Below the pieces are notes generated by a model. It ran no database searches, had not been told where the DNA came from, and saw only the letters and a program-made list of their open reading frames with translations. This document shows positions 39,420 through 49,440 of a DNA stretch of 64,000 nucleotides, in pieces. This DNA comes from Spirochaetia bacterium (GTDB lineage Bacteria > Spirochaetota > Spirochaetia > SZUA-6 > Bin103), in NCBI GenBank assembly GCA_965199955.1, contig CBDATQ010000002.1, positions 928,001 through 992,000 of the forward strand. The letters are read 5' to 3'. How positions within the stretch are numbered: the stretch's first letter is position 1; each line of letters starts with the position of its first letter. The translations under genes were made by a program, and so were the position numbers.

Positions 39420-40793
39420 ATGAAGTTTCGTTTCAAGAACCTCGGCCCCATCAAGGAGGCCGACCTCGAACTCGGCGACCTCACCATCATCGCCGGCCGC
39501 AACAACACCGGCAAAACCTACCTCTCCTACGCCCTCTACGGCTTTCTTGAGCATTTGAAGCGTTACGACACCCGTCGAGAAGAGCAACCGCTGGACATCA
39601 CATCGATCATCTCAGCGACCTCGGTTGATGGCCATGCGGAGAAACCCGTCAGTCGTGAACAGTTCGAACAGCACAGATCGGCCTTCGCCATGGCCGCTGC
39701 CCGCTTGTTCGCAGAGTCTGGATTGTCTCAGGTATTCAATACTCGACAAAGTAATTTCGAAGGCGCTTTGGTCGAAGTGAGATCGGGCTTGCAAGAGAAT
39801 CTGGAGCCAGTGGATATTCGGTTATCATCCGGAGAGCGTTTTCGAGTGAGCGTACGGAACGACCGATTGGTCATGTCCGTCGACGTACCTGAAGGACAAT
39901 CCATTAATGTGCATCGAACCAGATTTATTCTGAGGAGAATGTACGTCAGATTTCTGTTTCCGGAACTTGATCTTGAGCCGCTCGTTCTGACGTCAGAGCG
40001 ATTCGGCATCTCTCTTTTCTATCGGGAGCTTGACTTCACAAAGAACAGTTTGGTTGATTTCCTGCAGAAGATGAATGAGCAGACCAAACCGAACGATTCG
40101 GATCCGTTCCTTCTGATAGAGAGGACGGCCAGTCGGTATGCATTGCCCGTGAAGGACAACATCGATTACACGCGGAGTATTCCTGATCTCCGAGGCGCAA
40201 AGAGTGAGCTCTCGGAGCACCAACTACCGACTGAACTGAGGCGGCTAACGAGAGCGTACTACAAGAGCTCCGGTGACGGCATTGCTCTCACTTCGACCGC
40301 TCGTGGTGCGCGGCGATTCAGCATCCCGTTGCACTTGGCGTCCTCCTCGGCGCGTGGGCTGTCTGATCTCTACTTCTTTCTACAGCATGTTGCAGGGCCT
40401 AATCATTTCTTGATTATCGATGAGCCGGAGAGTCATCTCGATACCAACAACCAGATTCTGATGGCCCGCTTGCTGGTTCGGTGCGTACATGCGGGGCTGA
40501 AGATCCTGATCACTACGCACAGTGACTACCTCGTGAAGGAACTCAACAACCTGATCATGCTCAGCAGCGACTTCGACGACAAGCAGGACGTGCTCAAGAA
40601 ACTGAAGTACGATCCTGAAGATGCTCTCGATCCGGGCCGGATTCGAGCCTATGTGGCTGAGAACGATGGTTTGACTGCCTGCAACGTGGACCGGTACGGC
40701 ATGGAGATGCCGAACTTCGACAGCACCATAGACGACATCAATCGTGTGACCAACGAGATCTCATCACGGATCTTCGAAACCGACGGAGCGTGA
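39420..40793 (+). CDS. ABC/AAA (AAA_15/AAA_21-like) ATPase
   Basis: NLGPIKEA, Walker A GRNNTGKT, signature ASSS, Walker B IIDEPESHL, H-loop TTHS; no transmembrane segments. Confidence 0.9.
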   Translation: MKFRFKNLGPIKEADLELGDLTIIAGRNNTGKTYLSYALYGFLEHLKRYDTRREEQPLDITSIISATSVDGHAEKPVSREQFEQHRSAFAMAAARLFAESGLSQVFNTRQSNFEGALVEVRSGLQENLEPVDIRLSSGERFRVSVRNDRLVMSVDVPEGQSINVHRTRFILRRMYVRFLFPELDLEPLVLTSERFGISLFYRELDFTKNSLVDFLQKMNEQTKPNDSDPFLLIERTASRYALPVKDNIDYTRSIPDLRGAKSELSEHQLPTELRRLTRAYYKSSGDGIALTSTARGARRFSIPLHLASSSARGLSDLYFFLQHVAGPNHFLIIDEPESHLDTNNQILMARLLVRCVHAGLKILITTHSDYLVKELNNLIMLSSDFDDKQDVLKKLKYDPEDALDPGRIRAYVAENDGLTACNVDRYGMEMPNFDSTIDDINRVTNEISSRIFETDGA

Positions 40794-41338
40794 ACTCCAG
40801 TCTGAACGATCAACTGGAGGCGATCCTTCGCGCCGATCGGATGCGCTGTGTCGTATCGAGTCGCGTAACTCTGCGCGAACGCGGTGCGAACATGTCGGTC
40901 GACGTAACGGGGATTACGCATCGGGCGACGACGATCAGCGTCCACAGGCTCGGGCGCCTCTCCGGGTTGGAGGAAGGTCCCTGGGATCAGCGGTGTGACT
41001 ACCTCATCGTCGTTGACAAGGGAGCCTCCTACAGAGCTGCATTCATCGAGTTGAAGAAGACCCTTGATGAGGACCACAAACCGCGCGAGCAACTGCGCCG
41101 GTCTTTACCGTTTCTGGAATACCTGCGCTCGCTGTGCAGTATCGAATTCGAAGGCGGCGCTCTGTCGGATGTTGAGGTCCGCTACGCGGTGATCGGGGAA
41201 AGGGGTCAACACCGGCTGGACAAGCAAACGGTGAAGGCGAGACCGGGACAGCCCGTTTGGACCAGGCTGCACCGTGGGATTTCGGTGTCAGCGTTCCTGG
41301 GGCCGACCGTTCCGCTGGCGGCCTTGGTCGGCGTGTAG
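40790..41338 (+). CDS. Hypothetical protein with PD-(D/E)XK-like motif
   Basis: RCDYLIV...FIELKKT...EQL; GTGA overlap with the ATPase stop. Confidence 0.7.
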   Translation: MNSSLNDQLEAILRADRMRCVVSSRVTLRERGANMSVDVTGITHRATTISVHRLGRLSGLEEGPWDQRCDYLIVVDKGASYRAAFIELKKTLDEDHKPREQLRRSLPFLEYLRSLCSIEFEGGALSDVEVRYAVIGERGQHRLDKQTVKARPGQPVWTRLHRGISVSAFLGPTVPLAALVGV

Positions 41339-41355
41339 CGGTCCGCACGGCAGGA

Positions 41356-41650
41356 ATGAGCGAGTCACCGATAGACCGCGACGTCCTGTCGTACTACGAG
41401 CGGTACGATGAACGGGGTCGACTGGGGCGCGGCTCCGGGGCGCTGGAGTTGCGCGCATGCAGGATCTGATCGGGCGCTTGCTGGCGCCGCCGCCGCCGGG
41501 GAGGGGGATGGTGCTGGATGTTGGCGGCGGGCCCGGCCGCTACGCGTGCTGGCTCCGTGTCCGCCGCCGCGGGGTACCGGGCGCACCTCGTAGACCCGGT
41601 ACCGAAGCTGGTCGAGCAGGCGCGTGCGGCGGCGTCGGCACAGCCGGATT
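41356..41650 (+). pseudogene. Frameshifted, truncated class I SAM methyltransferase
   Basis: YYERYDERGRL...LE / VLDVGGGPGRYACWL / GYRAHLVDPVPKLVEQAR in shifting frames. End approximate. Confidence 0.75.
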
Positions 41651-41659
41651 ATGTCCGAG

Positions 41660-41829
41660 GCGGCGAGATCGAGCGGTCCCTGACAGTCCGATAGGACGCA
41701 CGCCCCTGACGGAAGTCGTTCTGCCAGAGACACGATCTCCGAGCTGGGCCGACCGAACGTATCGGCTCTGTGATCCCGGTACGTCTGTTCCCGGAAAGGC
41801 GAGGCGTCGGCGTCCGGCGTACCGGTCAT
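41660..41829 (-). pseudogene. N-terminal relic of another methyltransferase
   Basis: MTG...FREQTYRD...TFGRPSSEIVSLAERLPSGACVL, breaking at the SAM motif; ATGA-coupled to the upstream gene. Confidence 0.45.
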
Positions 41830-42527
41830 GGAGTCAGGCGAGCCCATACCGCGAGCTCGGTCAGCGCTGTTTGCGTCAGCAGATAGGGCTGAGGCTCGCT
41901 CCGGCAGCGGCGCTGCACGATGCCGAAGGCCCTGCGGAGTGACACGCGCTCGGCGGACTCCTTCGACGTGCTGAAGTCGAAGTAGCCCCACAGGTGCTGG
42001 ACGGCGTTCCTGAGATTGCCCGGATCGGGCGCCTCGCGGAGCAGCGTGGTCAGCTCCAGAGCCAGCTCGTCGAAGCCTTCCCGTCCGCGCAGGCGAGCCA
42101 CCCGCTGGCCCAGGTCGCGGTACACTGCCTGCGAGCGCGCCAGGACCGAGTACTTGTGCTGCGCCCAGAGCTCGTGTGACGTGCGCGGCAGCGGGATGCG
42201 CCCCGGCTCCCGGCCGTAGTACTTGTCGGCGAGCAGCTCGAACTGCCGGCCGGGCGGATCGAGGAATCGCTCCGGCCAGCGCCCGGGCTCCGAGCGCAGC
42301 CGCACCGGCGTGCGGTCCCGGTAGCCGCGGAAGGACATCTCCGCCGCGAGCAGCCGGTGCCGCTGGCGCAGCGCCCAGCCTAGGCTGGCCCACCGCCGCG
42401 TCTCCGGATGCGCGGCATAACCCTTCAGACCCTGGGAGAGGATCGCGGCGATGCCGTGCAGCTCGCGGTGCTCGCCCAGCAGGCTGTCCCGGTTCAGGTA
42501 ACCGGGATGGATGTCCCAGATGCGCAA
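41826..42527 (-). CDS. Pyrimidine-dimer DNA glycosylase-like domain + DUF1722-like domain
   Basis: MRIWDIHPGYLNRDSLLGEHRELH; WAQHKYSVLARS...NAVQHLWGYF...YL. Confidence 0.8.
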   Translation of the reverse strand: MRIWDIHPGYLNRDSLLGEHRELHGIAAILSQGLKGYAAHPETRRWASLGWALRQRHRLLAAEMSFRGYRDRTPVRLRSEPGRWPERFLDPPGRQFELLADKYYGREPGRIPLPRTSHELWAQHKYSVLARSQAVYRDLGQRVARLRGREGFDELALELTTLLREAPDPGNLRNAVQHLWGYFDFSTSKESAERVSLRRAFGIVQRRCRSEPQPYLLTQTALTELAVWARLTP

Positions 42528-42533
42528 CTCGCA

Positions 42534-43784
42534 TCAGCTCCACAGGCGGTCGCCGGAGCGCTCTCCGTCCCACTCCGGGGTGGGCTCGAAGATGCCGGGC
42601 TCGTCGGGATCGGCGCACTCGCGCAGCATCTCGTCGTTCAGGTCCGTGAAGCCCAGCCCGGGGCCCTCCGGCACGGCGATGTGCCCGTCCTGGATCAACG
42701 GGACCGGCAGACCTTCGACCAGGCTGCTCCAGCGCTCCAGGTCGTCGACCGAGTGGTTCTCGAGGACCAGGAAGTTCTCCGTGGCGGCGGCGCAGTGCAC
42801 GGCCGCCAGCGCCGCGACCGGCGTCATGGCCATGTGCAGGGCCATGGCGATGCCGCGATCCTGGGCGGCGTCGCCGATCTTCTTGGTCTCCAGGATGCCC
42901 CCGGCCGTCGCCAGGTCGGGGTGGGCCACGGCGATGGCCCGCTCCCGGAACAGGTCGGAGAAGCCCTCCTTGAGGTAGATGTCCTCGCCCGTGCAGATCG
43001 GCGTCGCGACCGCCTCAGCCAGCCGCAGGTACTGATCGGTGAGCTGCCAGGGGAGCATGTCCTCGTACCAGGCCAGCGAGAAGCGGTCGAGCGCCCGCCC
43101 CAGGCGAATGCAGGACTCCAGACCCAGGTGGCCGAAGTGGTCGGCGGCGAGCGGGACCTCGTAACCGACCTCCTCGCGCACCGCGGCCACGTACTCGCAA
43201 AGCAGGTCGATGCCCCGGTCGGTGATCTGCAGACCGGTGAACGGATGCATTACGCCGTGGTTTTCGAGCATCCCCGGCGGCGCGATCACGCAGTCGCTGC
43301 GGTCGTCGAGCAGGCCGATGCCGAGGTCCATCTTGAGGAAGCCGAAGCCCATCTCCATGCGTTGCTTCAGCCGGCGTCCCATCTCGCGGCCGCTCGGGGA
43401 GGGGGTGGTGTCGCAGTAGCAGAGGACGCGGTCGCGGAACCTGCCTCCCGCCAGGGCGTAGACGGGCACGCCGTACGCCTTGCCCGCCACGTCCATCAGC
43501 GCCATCTCCACGGCGCTGACGCCGCCACCCTGCCGGCCGTGATGGCCGAACTGCTTGACCTTCCGGAACAGCCGGTCGACGTCGCACGGGTTCTCGCCGA
43601 GCAGGCGTGACTTGAGCATCAGGGCGTAGGTCTTGCTGGCGTTGTCCCGCACCTCGCCGTAGCCGCTGATCCCCTGGTTGGTGTCGATGCGGATCAGGGA
43701 GCTGTTGAACGGCGTGCCGGTGAGGCAGGTGACCCGCAGGTCCGTGATGATGAGCGCCGACGGGCGCGAGTGCCGCTCTGTCAC
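42534..43784 (-). CDS. Mandelate racemase/muconate-lactonizing enzyme family
   Basis: IRIDTNQGISGYGEVRD, LKMDLG, DHFGH, WYED and CTGEDIY. Confidence 0.9.
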   Translation of the reverse strand: MTERHSRPSALIITDLRVTCLTGTPFNSSLIRIDTNQGISGYGEVRDNASKTYALMLKSRLLGENPCDVDRLFRKVKQFGHHGRQGGGVSAVEMALMDVAGKAYGVPVYALAGGRFRDRVLCYCDTTPSPSGREMGRRLKQRMEMGFGFLKMDLGIGLLDDRSDCVIAPPGMLENHGVMHPFTGLQITDRGIDLLCEYVAAVREEVGYEVPLAADHFGHLGLESCIRLGRALDRFSLAWYEDMLPWQLTDQYLRLAEAVATPICTGEDIYLKEGFSDLFRERAIAVAHPDLATAGGILETKKIGDAAQDRGIAMALHMAMTPVAALAAVHCAAATENFLVLENHSVDDLERWSSLVEGLPVPLIQDGHIAVPEGPGLGFTDLNDEMLRECADPDEPGIFEPTPEWDGERSGDRLWS

Positions 43785-44326
43785 AGGGTGCGGTTCTCGG
43801 CGCTGTAGGTCGGGTTGCCGCCGATCTGCCAGACCCCCCGGAAGAGGCTGCGGCGCTTGGGTGGCATGCGCATGATGGTCTCGTGGTCGAGCCCGACCCG
43901 ATGCCACTGCGCCCAGGCGGAGTTGTAGCAGTTGAACACCGCGCAGCGCGGGTTGTCCGGGTTGGTCCAGTCGTTGGCGGCGTGGACGAGGCTCTCGGTG
44001 AAGATGACCACCGACCCCGGCGGGCAACGGTAGCCCTCCATCATGGCGCGCATCCGCCACCACCAGCGAACGGCCGGATACCACCAGCTCCCTCCGAATA
44101 CGCGCTGTTCCCCGGGCGCGGCTGGCCAAGACGCCGTAAAGGCCATTTGGCGCCAGACCTCGTACGAGCCGATCAGGCAGGTTTCGACAGACGCATCGGC
44201 CGCGCGTTGCGCCTCGGTCACCTGCTCGGTCGTCATCTTCGTCGCAAGATCGTACACGACGGCCACCGATGCCAGCACTGCGACGACAGCGCGTCGCAGC
44301 GTGTTCGCCGGAAGTGCATCGGCCAC
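43781..44326 (-). pseudogene. Chimeric ORF ending in a PhyH C-terminal third
   Basis: YRCPPGSVVIFTESLVHA...RCAVFNCYN fused to an unrelated N-terminus. Confidence 0.6.
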
Positions 44327-44346
44327 GTCGGATTATGATACCAGCC

Positions 44347-45282
44347 GTGAAACGGCGGCGACTGGGGAAGACCGGATGGGACGTGAGCGTGGTGTCGATG
44401 GGTTGCTGGGGCATCGGCGGCCAGTGGGGAGAGGTGAGCGAGCGGCAGGCGATCCGCACCGTGCACGCCGCCCTCGATGCCGGCGTCAACCTGTTCGACA
44501 CCGCCGACTCCTACGGCCTGGGGCAGAGCGAGATCGTGCTCGGCAAGGCGCTCGCCGACCGGCGCAGCGCCGGCTACGTGGCCACCAAGGTAGGCAACTG
44601 GGGCCGCCGCCAGGACGACCCGCCGGGGCTGAAGAGCATCTACAGCATCATCGGGTGCTGCCACGCCAGCCTCTACCGGCTGGGGATGGACACCATCGAC
44701 CTGTACCAGTGTCACGTCGGCTCGCCCGAGCATCCCGAGATCTTCGTGGAGGCGTTCGAGCTTCTCAAGCAGCAGGGGAAGATCCGCCACTACGCGATCT
44801 CCACCAACGACCTGGCCGCGCTCAAGGCCCTGGACGTGAACGGTCAGTGCGCGGCGTGCCAGATCAACTACTCGATCCTGAACCGCACGGCCGAGCGGGA
44901 CATCCTACCTCACTGCCGGGACCACGACATCGGGGTGCTGCTGCGCGGTCCCATCGCGCAGGGGCTGCTGACCGGCAAGTTCGACGACACCACGCGGTTC
45001 GACGACATGGTGCGCAGCGGCTGGAACGCGGGCGGGGCGGGGCGACAGACGTTCCTGTCCAGGCTCGACGTCGCGTCCCGGTTGCGGAGCGTCCTGCGGC
45101 CGGGACAGAGCATGCTGGAGATGGCTCTCCAGTTCACGCTGGCCCATCCCGCGGTGACCTGCCCGATTCCCGGGATGAAGAGCCCCGAGCAGGCGCGCGC
45201 CAACGCGGCGGCCGCGGACGGCGATCTCGACGCCGAGCAGCTCGAGGCCATCGCCGCGATCTGCCCGCCGGAAAGGGCGTGA
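44347..45282 (+). CDS. Aldo/keto reductase
   Basis: GCWGIGG, FDTADSYG, ATKVG, IDLYQCH and PIPG. Confidence 0.92.
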   Translation: MKRRRLGKTGWDVSVVSMGCWGIGGQWGEVSERQAIRTVHAALDAGVNLFDTADSYGLGQSEIVLGKALADRRSAGYVATKVGNWGRRQDDPPGLKSIYSIIGCCHASLYRLGMDTIDLYQCHVGSPEHPEIFVEAFELLKQQGKIRHYAISTNDLAALKALDVNGQCAACQINYSILNRTAERDILPHCRDHDIGVLLRGPIAQGLLTGKFDDTTRFDDMVRSGWNAGGAGRQTFLSRLDVASRLRSVLRPGQSMLEMALQFTLAHPAVTCPIPGMKSPEQARANAAAADGDLDAEQLEAIAAICPPERA

Positions 45283-45322
45283 GCGGGCGCTTCCGCCACG
45301 CCAGGGCGGTTCTATTGCGGCT

Positions 45323-45480
45323 TCAGTCCGACTCAGCCCTCTCCCAGGCGCACGTGCCCACCGTCACCACCCGGTCCTGCGTCAGGTACGAGGTGGCGTA
45401 GGTGCAGGTGCCGGTCACGCCGGCGTACTTGCCGTGCCTCCCATGAGTTGCCAGCGGCCCTCGCCACCGCCACCCGCCGC
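45323..45480 (-). pseudogene. Frameshifted C-terminal relic of a hypothetical beta-rich protein
   Basis: GEGRWQLMGG / GKYAGVTGTCTY in two frames. Confidence 0.4.
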
Positions 45481-45779
45481 GATGTCGCCCGTGCTTCGGT
45501 GCGACAGAACATCCTGCTTCCACCACTTCCATGACTTCCGGCGCAGGATGGCAGGGGTCGGAGGTCCGTGGCCGCAAGCAGGGGTGGGCGCTGTCCGCAG
45601 GGGCGAGCAGGGCTTCATCCGCGGGGCGAGGCTCTATCTCCAGTCGCGAAATGGAGACGCCGAGGCAGGGCTTGAACGTCGTGGGCGATGCCCAGCGAGT
45701 ACGCTTGGAGGTCGAAGCGAAGCAGCCTCCCGTCGCCGTCGTAGGAGAGCCGGGGATCGGCCGATGGAGTAAGATCGGC

Positions 45780-45809
45780 TTGACCCTTCGAGACTCGCCG
45801 CGGTAACGT
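45780..45809 (+). promoter_or_regulatory. Putative promoter of the DUF433 TA locus
   Basis: TTGACC-N18-TAACGT. Confidence 0.4.
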
Positions 45810-45837
45810 CCACAGACGGCAGCATGAAGAGGGCGCG

Positions 45838-46170
45838 ATGGGTACTCTGGATCGACATATTGAGATTACGCTCGGAATCGTAGGTGGAAAGCCGCGCATT
45901 GCGGGGCACCGGATCACGGTGGAGAACATCGTCGTCTGGCACGAGCACCAAGGTAGAGATGCCGTCCAGATCGCCGACGAATACGACCTGACTCTGGCTG
46001 AAGTGCATGCCGCTCTTGCCTACTATCATGACCACCGGAGTGAAATAGATCGGGTGATGGAGCTCGGGCAAGAGTACGTCGAGGCGTGCAGGCGAAAGAG
46101 TGATTCGAAGGTAGCCGGGAAGCTTCGCCAGCAAGAGCAAAGTGGCGAGGCCAGGATTCTACACGGATGA
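45838..46170 (+). CDS. DUF433 antitoxin
   Basis: GGKPRIAGHRITV...LTLAEVHAALAYY. Confidence 0.9.
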   Translation: MGTLDRHIEITLGIVGGKPRIAGHRITVENIVVWHEHQGRDAVQIADEYDLTLAEVHAALAYYHDHRSEIDRVMELGQEYVEACRRKSDSKVAGKLRQQEQSGEARILHG

Positions 46171-46460
46171 GCACATCTCAAAGGCCGTAGTAGCGGGCCT
46201 GCGCAGCCATGGCGTCGATGTGCTCACGGTCCCGGAGGCCGGAACCTTGGGAGCGCCGGACGAAGTGCACCTGCGGGTGGCTGCGGATGATGGCCGAGTC
46301 ATGGTGACCCAGGATCGCGACTTTCCGTCGTATGGCAGCACGCGCCATGCGCCACGCCGGGATCGCCTACGCCTCTCGGAACCGCACGAGTGGAGAGTTG
46401 ACGCGCGCCCTGATGTTGATTCACCACGTGCTGAGTACGGATCATGTCGAGCATCTCTAG
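46142..46460 (+). pseudogene. DUF5615 PIN-like toxin, frameshifted near 46322
   Basis: FYTDEHI...GVDV...DEVHL...RVMVTQDRDF, continuing in the +1 frame RRMAARAMRHAGIAY...LMLIHHVL...HVEHL*. Confidence 0.8.
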
Positions 46461-46530
46461 CTTCCCGAGGGAAAAGCTATAGATGACCTCGATGGATTAC
46501 TCCGTAGTCGGATCAGGAGGCTAGTACACG

Positions 46531-47067
46531 TTGTCATCAGGCAGGAATTCGGCGTCCACGTTTACCGTGGTGGTGCTCGCGGCAGCATTGATCATCACCG
46601 CTTCCATACTCGTCCATGTGCTGTTCTCTAAACACGTCAGCGACCTGACGATCGAGCTGCTCGCCGCGATAATCGCCGTCGTCCTGGTGGTGGCTTCGGT
46701 CGGAGTGACGATTCACTTTCAGGTCCGTTCGGAAACCGAACGCGAGTACCGGGTCGAGTTGTTTCGGCAGAAGCTCGAGCTGTACAAGGACACCATTGCG
46801 TGCGTTACGAAAGCCGACGATGACGGCGTGATCGACGATCATGAGATCGAGGAGATGCGCAACTACGCGCGGATGACCGCCCTCGTCGGCAATCGTGAGC
46901 TGGTACACTCACTGGCGGAGTTCGTGTCCACCGTCGAGCAGAGCCGCAGCATAACCCGCGAGGAAGAGCAAGGCTCCTTTCGGTCCGTGCTGCAGGAAAT
47001 GCGCAACGACCTCGGGGTGGTGGAGGGAGACGTCAGAGATTACGTCAAGCGCCTGATGAAGAGCTGA
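46531..47067 (+). CDS. Hypothetical two-TM membrane protein
   Basis: Two N-terminal hydrophobic helices and a helical soluble tail ending MRNDLG. Confidence 0.7.
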   Translation: MSSGRNSASTFTVVVLAAALIITASILVHVLFSKHVSDLTIELLAAIIAVVLVVASVGVTIHFQVRSETEREYRVELFRQKLELYKDTIACVTKADDDGVIDDHEIEEMRNYARMTALVGNRELVHSLAEFVSTVEQSRSITREEEQGSFRSVLQEMRNDLGVVEGDVRDYVKRLMKS

Positions 47068-47179
47068 GCGGTGGGCCCGATCTGACTCGGTGTTGATCCT
47101 GAGCCCAGCGGACAACGGACTCCGCTGTTTCGATGACGATATGCCGGTGACGCGGTTCACCAACTCCCGGCCCACTGAT

Positions 47180-47695
47180 CAGTTACGCAACACACGCGCG
47201 CTCGCCGCCATCGCATAGCCGATCGTCTGCGCCACCAGCTTCAGCAGCCGCCGATAGGTGGCCGCCGGCCGCCGCGCACCGCGCCCCGAGCGGATCTCCT
47301 GCTCGCGCCGCTTGGCAGCGCGGCAGTGGTCGCGAAACGACACCCCCGCCAAGCGCGCGCGCCTGGCGCAGCAACCGCGTCAGGACCCGCACGCCGTCGT
47401 ACAACAGCCGGCTGTCCGACGGTGCCAGGATGTCCGTGTCGGTGACGGTGCTGTCGATGCGCACCTGAGTGCCGGACTCGATACCTCGCAACTTGGCGTC
47501 CTGCAACGCCGACTTCTTCGGCACCTCGTGCGGATCGACCCGCGCGAAGCGCTGCATGGTGGCCGAATCGTGCAGGGCGAACTCCAACGCGGTACGAATA
47601 GCCCATCAGGTGTTTGAGCACCGCGCAGCGCAAGATCGTCTCGCAGGTCAGGCCATGGCGACCCCAGGCGACCGAGCCGCCAAACTTCCGCATAT
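47180..47695 (-). mobile_element. Degraded ISNCY/IS5-like transposase
   Basis: GRHGLTCETILRCAVLKHLMGYSYR / FALHDS...RIDSTVTDTDILAPSDSRLLYDGVRVLTRLL, with frameshifts and truncation. Confidence 0.75.
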
Positions 47696-47702
47696 CGTAG
47701 AG

Positions 47703-48473
47703 TCAGCGCAGGGCGAACACGCCGCGCACGGTAACACGGATGACGTCGCTGCCGACGCTGATCGGCGTGTCGGCCGCCGCGGATCTCAGCATGACGGCGC
47801 CGGCGGAGAAGCTCTCGAATGGGCCGTAGTCCGGTGAGACCTCTTCGCTGATTTCGAGCAACGGACCCAGCTCGCGGTTCGAGGCTTCCGCCAACTGCCG
47901 CGCCGCGCGGTGCAGCCGGTCCACCGCGTCGCGGCGCGCTGCCTGCCGATGCGGCTTCGGGTCGGCGTGGGTGAACGCGATGTGGCGGAACGTCAGCGCA
48001 TCGCCGCCAGCCGTGGACAACGCGTCGATGGCGGCACCCACGGTATCCAGGTCCCGATACCTGACCGTCAGCCCGTGGACGACCCGGTAGCCGTTCAGGC
48101 GGCGTCCACCGTCGTTGGTGTATTCGTAGTCGGGGTCGATGCTGAACCGGCTGGTCTGGATGTCTTCCGCCTCCACTCCGTGCCGTTCGAGTTCGCGGAT
48201 CACCGTTCGAGTCACCCAGCCGGCCCTGACTCTGGCTCCGGCGACCGATGTTCCGCTGGTCTCCACGCTCATGCCCAGGACGGCGATGTCGGGTACGGCT
48301 TCCGCGCTGCCTTCGGCCTGGACGCGCACGGTTGCCGGGTGCGTGATCGCGGTGGCCTGGGGGGCGGCGGCTCTCTGCGCGGGAGTCGTGCTGCAGCCGG
48401 AAGTCGCCAGCGAGGCCAGGAGTACGGCTGTGAGAGCGAGAAGAAGGTTGGTGGCTGCGGTTTTCAAGCGCAT
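47703..48473 (-). CDS. SIMPL (DUF541) domain lipoprotein
   Basis: Lipobox-like ATSGC; AVPDIA, DIQTSRFSIDPDY, LGPLLEISE. Confidence 0.88.
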   Translation of the reverse strand: MRLKTAATNLLLALTAVLLASLATSGCSTTPAQRAAAPQATAITHPATVRVQAEGSAEAVPDIAVLGMSVETSGTSVAGARVRAGWVTRTVIRELERHGVEAEDIQTSRFSIDPDYEYTNDGGRRLNGYRVVHGLTVRYRDLDTVGAAIDALSTAGGDALTFRHIAFTHADPKPHRQAARRDAVDRLHRAARQLAEASNRELGPLLEISEEVSPDYGPFESFSAGAVMLRSAAADTPISVGSDVIRVTVRGVFALR

Positions 48474-48519
48474 GTCTGTAATCCGCTACGCATGTAGGGG
48501 CTTCGACTCGGAGGATGAA

Positions 48520-48597
<78 letters not shown>

Positions 48598-48704
48598 CTG
48601 GACGCTGACGCCCAGTGCCCGCAACACATACTACTTCGCCGCGGCTTCGTCAAGGCGAACTGCGTTGGTTGGACAGCCGCCAGGCGTGGGGGTAGGCTTC
48701 GGGT

Positions 48705-48998
48705 ATGGCAACCGCGCTCTCCGACGATCAGATCCAGGGAGCCCTGCAGGGGCTGGCCGGCTGGAGCCGGGACGGCGACGCGCTGCAGCGGGAGTTCAAG
48801 TTCGGGAGCTTCCGCGAGGCGGTGTCGTTTATCGTCCGCATCGCCTTCGCGGCCGAGGCGGCGAACCACCATCCCGAGTTGTGGAACGTCTACAGCACGG
48901 TGCGAATCCGGCTCAACACGCACGACGCGGGCGGGCGGATCACGCAGAAGGACGTGGACCTGGCGGCGGAGATCAGCGCGATCTCGTGGGCCTCTTGA
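48705..48998 (+). CDS. phhB: Pterin-4-alpha-carbinolamine dehydratase
   Basis: AEAANHHPE and LNTHDAGG..T.KD. Confidence 0.92.
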   Translation: MATALSDDQIQGALQGLAGWSRDGDALQREFKFGSFREAVSFIVRIAFAAEAANHHPELWNVYSTVRIRLNTHDAGGRITQKDVDLAAEISAISWAS

Positions 48999-49032
48999 CA
49001 TCGGGCCGCCGCGTGCGGAGGGTTGCGGCTCA

Positions 49033-49106
49033 GGGCGATTAGCTCAGATGGCTAGAGTACTAGCTTGACATGCTAGGGGTCACTGGTTCGAGTCCAGTAT
49101 CGCCCA
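49033..49106 (+). tRNA. tRNA-Val(GAC)
   Basis: GGGCGATTAGCTCAG...CTAGCTT-GAC-ATGCTAG...GGTTCGAGTCC...TCGCCCA. Confidence 0.95.
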
Positions 49107-49163
49107 TCCGACCTATCCGGACCGAGCGGCGAGGCGTTTCGCGAGGTCCTCGTCCCGCCGGCT

Positions 49164-49440
49164 TCAGCCCAGCGTGCCGTCGTGGACGGCGTCCCGCAGG
49201 CTGAGGTCGGCGCCGCGCGCGAGCAGTTCCTCGACCAGCTTGGCGTTCCCCTCGAAAGCGGCTTGGTGCAGCCCGTCGCTCCGCCGCTCTCGGGTCGGCC
49301 ACCAACAGAGCGCACGCCAGGGAATCCCGCCGTACCTCGGGAACCCGGTCCAGGATCTCGACCGCCCGCGCATTGTCGCCGTCCAGCGCGGCCCGGATCA
49401 GCGCATCCGCGGCGCCGGACGGGTCGAGGGACCGGCTCAC
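49164..49440 (-). pseudogene. Internally deleted ankyrin-repeat gene
   Basis: ALIRAALDGD...; in another frame LHQAAFEGNAKLVEELLARGADLSLRD. Confidence 0.7.
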
